Origin: a virus
DNA: 64,000 nucleotides
Virus record (IMG/VR): IMGVR_UViG_3300049460_000134
Coordinates: 1-64,000 of that record
Direction: 5' to 3' (one strand)
Shown here: positions 57,106 through 64,000 of the stretch, one piece after another
How the letters are laid out: each line of letters begins with the position of its first letter
How positions within the stretch are numbered: the stretch's first letter is position 1
Notes under the pieces: generated by a model
Seen by the model: only the letters and a program-made list of their open reading frames with translations
What the model was told of the DNA's origin: nothing
Database searches by the model: none
Position numbers and translations under genes: made by a program

Positions 57106-58101
57106 TTGACCTTTCTCATCAATGACCCTGTGACGAAGATCACCGGCGACTACAGCTTCGACGGCACGGTCGTCGCAGCATTCGACAAGCAGGACGGCAA
57201 GCAACGCTACGTCGTCGAGGACGATCGCGGCGCGCTGCATATCTACAGCGAACAGAACCTCCGGCTGATCGGCAACATGGCTGATCACCAGTATCTGCGT
57301 GTCCTCAAGAAGCTGCTCGACAAGGGCGTCTATCGCGAAGGTCGCAACGGCGGCACTTATGGTCTCTTCGGCGAACAGATGCGCTTCGACCTCTCTCGCG
57401 GCTTCCCGCTGCTGACGACCAAGAAGGTTCACTTCCACTCCATCGTCGTTGAATTGCTCTGGTTCCTCCGCGGCGAGACGAACATCAAGTTTCTGAAGGA
57501 CCATAACGTCTCGATCTGGGATGAATGGGCTGACGAGAAGGGTGATCTTGGTCCGGTCTACGGCGCGCAGTGGCGCACCTGGCCGACGATCGAGCATCAG
57601 TGCGCCGATATCTACTATCCCGGCCACATCGACCAGATCCAGAAGGTGATCGACGGCCTCAAGCGCGATTCATACGGTCGCCGGCACATCGTCTCGGCAT
57701 GGAATCCGGCTGAGATCGATGAAATGGCGCTTCCGCCCTGTCACTGCCTCTTCCAGTTCTTCGTGTCTGACAACAAGCTGAGCTGCCAACTCTACCAGAG
57801 GAGCGCAGATTGGTTTTTGGGGGTCCCATTCAACGTTGCCTCATACGCGCTGCTGACCATGCTGATTGCGCGCGAAACCGGCCTTCAGCTTGGCGAATTC
57901 GTGCATAGCTTCGGCGATCTGCACCTCTACGCCAATCACATCGAGCAGGCCAAGGAGCAGCTCACTCGCGAGCCGCGCAAGTTGCCGAAGGTGCTCATCA
58001 ATCCGGACATCGACAAGCACATCTTCGACCTGGAAGTCGGTGACGTCGCTCTCGTCAACTACGATCCCCATCCAGCGATCAAAGCGCCGGTCTCAGCGTA
58101 A
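57106..58101 (+). CDS. thyA: Thymidylate synthase with N-terminal DfrB/R67-like SH3 domain
   Basis: [41 protein letters not shown]; AAGGA RBS and TTG start add a 57-aa N-domain. Confidence 0.92.
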   Translation: MTFLINDPVTKITGDYSFDGTVVAAFDKQDGKQRYVVEDDRGALHIYSEQNLRLIGNMADHQYLRVLKKLLDKGVYREGRNGGTYGLFGEQMRFDLSRGFPLLTTKKVHFHSIVVELLWFLRGETNIKFLKDHNVSIWDEWADEKGDLGPVYGAQWRTWPTIEHQCADIYYPGHIDQIQKVIDGLKRDSYGRRHIVSAWNPAEIDEMALPPCHCLFQFFVSDNKLSCQLYQRSADWFLGVPFNVASYALLTMLIARETGLQLGEFVHSFGDLHLYANHIEQAKEQLTREPRKLPKVLINPDIDKHIFDLEVGDVALVNYDPHPAIKAPVSA

Positions 58102-58139
58102 GATATCCACGCGCAACCCAACATTTCTTGCGCTATTGT

Positions 58140-58160
58140 GTCAGTAACAATTGACTGATA
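58140..58160 (+). promoter_or_regulatory. Operator-like motif copy
   Basis: GTCAGT AACA ATTGAC TGATA. Confidence 0.75.
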
Positions 58161-58185
58161 GCGCGAGCAAAGATAAGGACGATCC

Positions 58186-58389
58186 ATGTCAGAAAAGATC
58201 GACATTCACATCGACCACTACATCGCCCAGGAAGGCGGTGTTGGCTTCTACTATTCGGTGATGCCATCGACTGAGCTGTTTGGACCGTTCGAAACTGCAC
58301 AACTCGCCGCTGAAGGTGCTCTCGCAGCGCTTCAAGGGGCGATGGACGACATTGTAATGGCCGCACTCGGCATCGAAAAAGGAGAGTAA
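58186..58389 (+). CDS. Hypothetical protein
   Basis: AAGGA RBS. Confidence 0.55.
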   Translation: MSEKIDIHIDHYIAQEGGVGFYYSVMPSTELFGPFETAQLAAEGALAALQGAMDDIVMAALGIEKGE

Positions 58390-58391
58390 AC

Positions 58392-58859
58392 ATGGGCGGC
58401 ACGCTCATTGAACAGACCAAGGTTATCGTGAGCAAGGTTCACGAGAAGGCATTCATTCCGACATACGGATCTGACGAGGCGGCCGGCGCTGACCTTTACG
58501 CTGTTGTCGATGGTCCGGACGCTATCCCGGTTCCGGTCGGCGAGCGCGTGCTCGTCAAGACCGGCTTGTCGATCGAGCTCCTGCCTGGCTACGAAGCCCA
58601 GGTGCGTCCTCGTTCCGGTCTGGCACTGAAGCAGGGCATCACGGTCCTCAACACGCCTGGCACGATCGACAGCGACTATCGCGGCGAGGTTGGCGTCATC
58701 CTTTATAACGCTGGCAACCGGACGTATTTCGTCAACCACGGCGATCGCATCGCTCAGTTGGTGATTGCGCCTGTCGTGCGCGGTGTCTTCGTTGTCGGCG
58801 AACTCAGCGACAGTAACCGCGGCGAAGGTGGCTTTGGCTCGACTGGAGTTTCCGCCTAA
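58392..58859 (+). CDS. dut: dUTPase
   Basis: AGADL, RPRSGLA, GTIDSDYRGE, RIAQL, RGEGGFGSTG. Confidence 0.96.
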   Translation: MGGTLIEQTKVIVSKVHEKAFIPTYGSDEAAGADLYAVVDGPDAIPVPVGERVLVKTGLSIELLPGYEAQVRPRSGLALKQGITVLNTPGTIDSDYRGEVGVILYNAGNRTYFVNHGDRIAQLVIAPVVRGVFVVGELSDSNRGEGGFGSTGVSA

Positions 58860-59479
58860 TGCTCTACGGCATCTGCGGTGCTCATCGCAGTGGAAAAACC
58901 ACACTTGCCAAGCGCGTCGCGGAAGAACTTGGTATCGAGTTCATCGATACCTCGTTCGGCTCCATCAGCAAGGGCAAACGCAATCCGGTCGCTCCCATGA
59001 CTCTCAGGGAGCGGCTCGACATTCAGGTTCACGGCCTGGAACGCCACCTGGAGCTCATCCTTCAGGCAAGCCGGCCGGCAATCGTCGATCGCACGCCGCT
59101 CGACATGTTCGGCTATCTCCTCGCAGAATTTCACATGACCTCCGATCGCCATGCTGATGCGGACGTCCTGGAAGGAGCTGCCTACCTCGCCGAGCAATAC
59201 CTCGAGGCTGTGAAGCTCAACTACGACATGGTCTTCTTCACGGAGATCCTGCCGGTCTACGAGGTCGATACCTCGAAGCCGACGCCGCCAAACAATCGTG
59301 CCTTCCAGCTTCACCTGGACGCGATCATCCGCGGCGGTCTGCATCGGCTCCATGACGAGATCAACCATGCCGTTGTGCCAGCGATACCGCTTGCGGAGCG
59401 CGTGGAACAGGTCTCGGAACTGATCGTGGAGCGGATGAACGAAATCGACGACCAGCGCAAAGCCGTCGGATTCCACTAA
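58859..59479 (+). CDS. P-loop nucleotide kinase-like protein (AAA_28/dNMP kinase-like)
   Basis: GAHRSGKTT, VDRTPLD. Confidence 0.7.
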   Translation: MLYGICGAHRSGKTTLAKRVAEELGIEFIDTSFGSISKGKRNPVAPMTLRERLDIQVHGLERHLELILQASRPAIVDRTPLDMFGYLLAEFHMTSDRHADADVLEGAAYLAEQYLEAVKLNYDMVFFTEILPVYEVDTSKPTPPNNRAFQLHLDAIIRGGLHRLHDEINHAVVPAIPLAERVEQVSELIVERMNEIDDQRKAVGFH

Positions 59480-59522
59480 GCCACACGAAAAAGCCACGCG
59501 CATCCCAACTGCGCGTGAGCTA

Positions 59523-59543
59523 TTCAGTAATTATTGACTGACA
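59523..59543 (+). promoter_or_regulatory. Operator-like motif copy
   Basis: TTCAGT AATT ATTGAC TGACA before rIIA. Confidence 0.75.
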
Positions 59544-59575
59544 ACAAACAAGAACAGACACAAGGAGACAGAAGC

Positions 59576-61912
59576 ATGGAAGTTTCGCAGCTTGCGCAGC
59601 TCGACACACACGCCGTCATCGGCGGTGAAGATCCTGAAGCGTTCGGCATGGCTGATACTCCAGAATTCTATCAGATGCTCTCAGCCAGCATCTATCGCGA
59701 CAAGATCCGCGCAGTCGTGCGCGAGACGATCTGCAATGGCTGGGACGCGCATATCATGGGCGGCTGCACCGACAAGGCAGTGCAAGTTACACTCACGGAC
59801 GAGGAGCTTGTCATCAAGGACTTCGGTCCCGGCATTCCGCATGAGAAGATGCGGCCGATCTATTGCATCTACGGCGTTTCGACGAAGGTGAAGGATGAGA
59901 GCCAGACCGGCGGTTTCGGTCTCGGATCCAAGTCGCCATTCGCCGTCACCGATCACTTCTCCGTCGTCTCGTGCTTTGCAGGCACACGCTCTGTCTATGC
60001 CATCTCTCGCGGTGGCAAAGCTACAAGCGGCAAGCCTGACATGCGCCGCATGGTCGCCGTGCCGACAACCGAAAGCGGCGTCACTGTCACGGTCCCGATC
60101 AAAAAGGAAGAGCGCGAGAGCTTTGCCAAGCACATTCGCGCCGTTGCAAAGCAGGGCGGCATGCTGGTGACGCTGAACGGCGAACTTCTGGAGCGCTTCG
60201 ATTACGAGGAGGCGCGCAAGACTGAGTTCTGCGTCGTCGCGCCTCACTGGATGCACGAAAGCCGCATCTATACGCTCTACGGCACCGTCCTCTATCCGGT
60301 GATGACGACCGACCCTGATATCTCCAAGCTGACACGCGATATCGAAGGCCTGATCGGCTACGGCTCGACGCTGGTTATCGTTGCCCCGCCGAATTCAGTC
60401 GAAGTCACGCCGTCGCGCGAGTCCCTCTCTTTTACGGATGGAACCACCGACACCATCAAGCGGCTGCTCGACAAGGCATGCACGCGCATCAGCAAGGCAA
60501 TTCCGGCAGCTACTAAGCTCGCTGTCGATGCACGCGTTGCAAAGAACGGCCGCCTAGCGCTCGCGAGCAAGATCCACGCGATCAGAGAGGTGCCTGAGAA
60601 GGTTCTCTCCAGTGCGCTCGCGATCGCCGAGCACGCCGTCCGCTCGAATCCTGATAACCATATCCAGTATGATCGACAGCGGCGCCTATGCCTTCAGGCA
60701 GCGCAGCGACTGTTCAAAGATGATCGCCGCACCTTCCGCCGTGCGCTGAAGCGTGGTTACAACGCTGGCGAGGACAGCTTCAAGGCGTCGAGCAAGCCGC
60801 TCATCCGCATTGCCTCGAAGATGGGCATGCTGAAGGATGCGCACCTCTTCAACATCTACGCCTATCGCTACCAGACGATCGGCTCCAAGACCAATCCGCT
60901 GAAGGAGCACGACACCGGGGTCGTTAGGCCTGTCCTTTGCGTGGCGCGCAATCTGCGCGATCTGCGACCGACGATGAGCGGTGCAAGCAGCGGTTTTCCG
61001 CCGGACAAGGATAGCTTCATCGCCGGCCTGGTCATGCGCCAGTGGACTGCGGAGCGCCTGAAGCAGCTTCGCGCGCTCGCCGAGCACTACAAGCTGAAGC
61101 TGGTCATCTTCGATTACGAAGCAGCGAAGAAGCCGAAGAAAGCACCGGTCAAGCGCGAAAAGATCGTCGACAAGTATTTCGCCCTTGGTGATTTCAGGGG
61201 AACGACTTGCGAAACGGCAAACCTCGAAAATCCGAAATACTTCCTGATGAGCTTTGCGCGCGAAGGCATGCGTTCGCCCTTTCAGGATGAAGGCCATCAA
61301 TACCACCACCTTCTTGCGAAGCGCTATCCGGAGACGGCTGTCATTTCGTCCAAGACAGACGCTGAGAAGCTGATGAAGCGCGGCGCAGTCAATCTGACCG
61401 GTGTCATTGCCAAGCGCATTGCGGAGCTCGCTGGGGTCCGTGAGGTCCAATACGCTTACGCGATCCGCGAAGGCCTGATGTGCAACGGCAATTATCACCA
61501 CTACCCATCAGACCTGGCCATTTCGTTCGCCAAGCTCGACATGCGGATTGCAAAGCGCCTGTTCCCCGACAAGGCGACGCCTGGCGCTCTCGCTGAAGAA
61601 GGCTTGCTTCTGAACGACGTGATGAACTCGCTGCGGCTCGATTATCAGGACCGCAACTGCGGCGGCAATGAAGCCAAGCTCAAGATCTGGACGTCTGCGA
61701 GAGAGACCTACAAGGCCATGACCACGTCATATGCCGACCAGAAATTCAGTTACTTGAGCGTCCTGGCAGGCATCAGAGTTACCGGCGGCATCAAACGCAA
61801 GATCGATGATCTCCACGACATCATCGTCTTTTTGCAGGACCGCGAGAGTAAGTCAAAATTGACTGAATCCCTTTTGAACCCAATTGCTAACGCCCAGAAG
61901 GAGGCAGCATGA
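59576..61912 (+). CDS. rIIA-like protein (GHKL ATPase N-terminus)
   Basis: RETICNGWDAH, DFGPGI, GGFGLGSKSPF, PSRESLS. Confidence 0.85.
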   Translation: MEVSQLAQLDTHAVIGGEDPEAFGMADTPEFYQMLSASIYRDKIRAVVRETICNGWDAHIMGGCTDKAVQVTLTDEELVIKDFGPGIPHEKMRPIYCIYGVSTKVKDESQTGGFGLGSKSPFAVTDHFSVVSCFAGTRSVYAISRGGKATSGKPDMRRMVAVPTTESGVTVTVPIKKEERESFAKHIRAVAKQGGMLVTLNGELLERFDYEEARKTEFCVVAPHWMHESRIYTLYGTVLYPVMTTDPDISKLTRDIEGLIGYGSTLVIVAPPNSVEVTPSRESLSFTDGTTDTIKRLLDKACTRISKAIPAATKLAVDARVAKNGRLALASKIHAIREVPEKVLSSALAIAEHAVRSNPDNHIQYDRQRRLCLQAAQRLFKDDRRTFRRALKRGYNAGEDSFKASSKPLIRIASKMGMLKDAHLFNIYAYRYQTIGSKTNPLKEHDTGVVRPVLCVARNLRDLRPTMSGASSGFPPDKDSFIAGLVMRQWTAERLKQLRALAEHYKLKLVIFDYEAAKKPKKAPVKREKIVDKYFALGDFRGTTCETANLENPKYFLMSFAREGMRSPFQDEGHQYHHLLAKRYPETAVISSKTDAEKLMKRGAVNLTGVIAKRIAELAGVREVQYAYAIREGLMCNGNYHHYPSDLAISFAKLDMRIAKRLFPDKATPGALAEEGLLLNDVMNSLRLDYQDRNCGGNEAKLKIWTSARETYKAMTTSYADQKFSYLSVLAGIRVTGGIKRKIDDLHDIIVFLQDRESKSKLTESLLNPIANAQKEAA
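61848..61866 (+). promoter_or_regulatory. Intragenic operator-like motif upstream of rIIB
   Basis: GTAAGT CAAA ATTGAC TGA within the 3' end of rIIA. Confidence 0.65.
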
Positions 61913-63279
61913 CAAATAAGGTTCGCATTGCCGGTGCTATCGCATCGAACACCGGCGTAACGTTTTATCTCGACAATGGCGGCGAGCTTAACCTCGCCAA
62001 AGACCACCCGACGACGATCAAGGTCATGGACCTCGTAGTCGAGGCGCTGAAGCGCAATGAACAGGTTACGATCAACCTGGATGACTTCTCGGTCGAGAAG
62101 AAGCTGGAGAAGCAGACCAGGGGCGCGATCCGTCTCGTTCGCGGCGCTTTCTCGAAGATCAAGGCGATGCTCGGTGGTTCGACCGAAGACGCCGACGTCG
62201 AAAAGCTTGGACAGGTTCGACTTGCATCGCCGGCGAGTCCCGCCGCGCCTGTCAGCTCGCCGATGCCGATCGAGCCGGAAGAGCTGCACGCCATTGTCGA
62301 CGGCAAGATCATTCCAGGCGTAGAAGCGCTCTCGACGCACATCGAGCACGCCGTCGAGACCAACGACACCGAAGGCTTGCAGCGCTTCATGGAACGCATT
62401 GCAGCCGTCATCGACACGCGCTCACACTCTGTCAAGGAGCTGCTTAATTTCATGAGGCGCGGTGATCTGCCGATCGCGAAGGACGGCTCGATCGTCGCTT
62501 ACAAGGTGCTGCAGTCGAGAGCCACTGGCTTCGTCGATTGCCACTCGAAGAAGGTGACGCAGAAGCTCGGCTCTTTCGTGCAGATGGACGAAAAACTCGT
62601 CGATCCGAACCGTCGCAACGAATGCTCGACTGGCCTGCATATCGCGCGCCGTGCTTATCTCAGCGGCTTTGGTGGCGACATCATCACACTGGTCAAGGTC
62701 GCACCTGAAGACGTGATCGCGGTTCCGCCAGGTGAGCCGAACAAGATGCGCGCCAAAGGCTATCACATCTGCGCTGTGCTGCCGAAGGACGTTCACCAGA
62801 CCCTACGCAACAACCAGCCGATGACTGGCAATGAGAAGGCGGCAAAGCTGCTCGCTGACGTGATCGCCGGCAATCACACGCCCATCCTCGAGTTCGTCAA
62901 TATCGGCTCTGCAATGGGCGGCAATGTGACCGTCACGCCCGTCGAAGGCGCCAAGAAGATTGCTCGTGCTGCAGTCGGCACCTCTGGCACCGCAAAGGCG
63001 CTCGATGACAAGGCGCCTGAAGAGAAGGTCGAGCTGTCGCTCAAGGAAGTCCGGAAGAAGGTCGATGATGCTTACGTAGAGGCCAAGAAGGTCAAGAAGC
63101 CAAAGGCAGTGAAGACTACGAAGGCCAAGGCTCCTGCGAAATCGGCACCTGTCGCACGGCAGATCCCTGAGAAGTATCAGAAGGCGCTCGATCTGATTGC
63201 AGCCGGTCAGTCCCAGCGCGAGGTGGCGAAGCTCCTCAACGTCTGCCCCAAGACGATGCGCAAATACCTGAAGGGCTGA
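61909..63279 (+). CDS. rIIB-like protein
   Basis: DGSIVAYKV, CSTGLH, VKVAPEDVIAVP, KMR; C-terminal HTH. Confidence 0.85.
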   Translation: MTNKVRIAGAIASNTGVTFYLDNGGELNLAKDHPTTIKVMDLVVEALKRNEQVTINLDDFSVEKKLEKQTRGAIRLVRGAFSKIKAMLGGSTEDADVEKLGQVRLASPASPAAPVSSPMPIEPEELHAIVDGKIIPGVEALSTHIEHAVETNDTEGLQRFMERIAAVIDTRSHSVKELLNFMRRGDLPIAKDGSIVAYKVLQSRATGFVDCHSKKVTQKLGSFVQMDEKLVDPNRRNECSTGLHIARRAYLSGFGGDIITLVKVAPEDVIAVPPGEPNKMRAKGYHICAVLPKDVHQTLRNNQPMTGNEKAAKLLADVIAGNHTPILEFVNIGSAMGGNVTVTPVEGAKKIARAAVGTSGTAKALDDKAPEEKVELSLKEVRKKVDDAYVEAKKVKKPKAVKTTKAKAPAKSAPVARQIPEKYQKALDLIAAGQSQREVAKLLNVCPKTMRKYLKG

Positions 63280-63280
63280 C

Positions 63281-63433
63281 ATGACGCGCATTGAAGCTCG
63301 CATCCAACGCAATCGAGTGATCGCCAGGTTCCTTTTCGTGGCGGCACTCATCGCTCTCGCAGCCGACTTCGCTCAGCAAGCCGGCCTCATCCCTCACCTC
63401 GAGCCTGCACCGCTCACACGGAGTATCAAGTGA
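63281..63433 (+). CDS. Small membrane protein (50 aa)
   Basis: MTRIEARIQRNRVIARFLFVAALIALAADF...; below the ORF-track cutoff. Confidence 0.45.
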   Translation: MTRIEARIQRNRVIARFLFVAALIALAADFAQQAGLIPHLEPAPLTRSIK

Positions 63434-63837
63434 GTAGGCCTTCGCTCTACGGGACTTGGGGCTCGATGATGCAGCGCTGTTACAACACAGAACGCGATTC
63501 CTACCCCAAATACGGTGGTCGCGGCATCAAGGTCTGCGATCGCTGGCACGACTTCCGGAACTTCGAGGCGGATATGTCGCCTCGACCAGATAACACAAGC
63601 CTCGATCGTATCGACAACGAAGGAGACTATGAACCTTCAAATTGTCGATGGGCTACGCGCACTGAACAAGCGCGCAACCGCATGTCGAATGTTCCCCTCG
63701 AATTTGAAGGCGTCACCAAGCTTGAGTGCGAATGGTGCGAGGAGAAGGGAATGAAACCAGGAGCCATCAGAAAACGTCTGAGACGCGGCTGGACCGTCGA
63801 GCAGGCTATTTCTCTACCACAAGGAGTTAGACTTTGA
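63430..63837 (+). CDS. HNH homing endonuclease-like protein
   Basis: MMQRCYN...YGGRGIKVCDRW...SLDRIDNEGDYEPSNCRWAT..QARN. Confidence 0.88.
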   Translation: MSRPSLYGTWGSMMQRCYNTERDSYPKYGGRGIKVCDRWHDFRNFEADMSPRPDNTSLDRIDNEGDYEPSNCRWATRTEQARNRMSNVPLEFEGVTKLECEWCEEKGMKPGAIRKRLRRGWTVEQAISLPQGVRL

Positions 63838-64000
63838 ACACTGAACGCAAATCCAATTACATGCACACTTCGAACGGCAAGAAATACTGGCCGCTCGATC
63901 CGCGCCCTGAAGAAGTCCACCTCGAGGTCGTGGCGCACCACCTGGCAACGCGTGCTCGCTACAACGGCGCAACGCAGCATCCGGTCTTCAAGTCGCGCAT
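63834..64000 (+). CDS. HD-domain nucleotide phosphohydrolase (YfdR/YfbR-like), 5' part
   Basis: AAGGAG then TTG; ...MHTSNGKKYWPLDPRPEEVHLEVVAHHLATRARYNG; truncated by the window edge. Confidence 0.65.
   Translation, partial: MNTERKSNYMHTSNGKKYWPLDPRPEEVHLEVVAHHLATRARYNGATQHPVFKSR

Larger units (their letters stand above)
1..64000. mobile_element. Phage-plasmid (tailed phage with a RepC plasmid replicon)
   Basis: Siphovirus tail and lysis genes, a phage replisome and a repC/ctRNA replicon in one contiguous element sharing one regulatory motif. Confidence 0.85.

Noticed and set aside
11145-59575. ORF-track starts MTD/MTE/MTI at 11145, 34042, 46449, 51644 and 59534
   Set aside because: These TTG starts come from the TTGAC of the operator motif; more plausible starts lie downstream.
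2654-61866. The repeated motif as a CRISPR array or iterons
   Set aside because: Copies are dispersed singly at promoters, not regularly spaced or clustered at the origin.
63430-63837. HNH as part of a group I intron
   Set aside because: It is free-standing and coupled to intact neighbours; no split gene is evident, and nrdA, thyA, dnaE and recA show no intein- or intron-sized insertions.

Overview
This window is about 64 kb of a large tailed-phage genome with a plasmid replicon, i.e. a phage-plasmid. The repABC-type RepC and the cluster of GANTC sites point to an alphaproteobacterial, probably Rhizobiaceae, host. Gene order: lambda-like tail tip (TMP, M, L, K, I, J), three paralogous tip proteins, holin/endolysin/spanins, an A1-like metallophosphoesterase and a tail fibre (1-19.7 kb); PhoH, DnaB, primase, WGR protein and ligase (19.7-27.8 kb); a minus-strand RHH-ctRNA-repC replicon and an XRE regulator (27.9-30.4 kb); CobT/PAPS-reductase-like/CobS, a sigma-like factor, DnaE with a UDG-like tail, SSB, 5'-3' exonuclease, RecA, SbcCD and RuvC (30.7-52.7 kb); then RNR, a structured ncRNA/tRNA-like locus, ThyA, dUTPase, rIIA/B, HNH and an HD protein. 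Strongest unexplained signals: (1) about 22 copies of a 21-bp operator-like motif GTMAGT-N4-AYTGAC-TKACA at almost every promoter and inside some genes; (2) C-terminal Ala-Ala ends on 12 non-virion proteins, including the regulator and an unannotated 11-aa peptide (MKNQELIFVAA) covered by a candidate antisense RNA; (3) ThyA with an N-terminal DfrB/R67-like domain; (4) two short C-terminal peptide motifs shared by unrelated proteins; (5) a cloverleaf ncRNA abutting a degenerate tRNA. All calls come from reading motifs by eye; no database searches were run.
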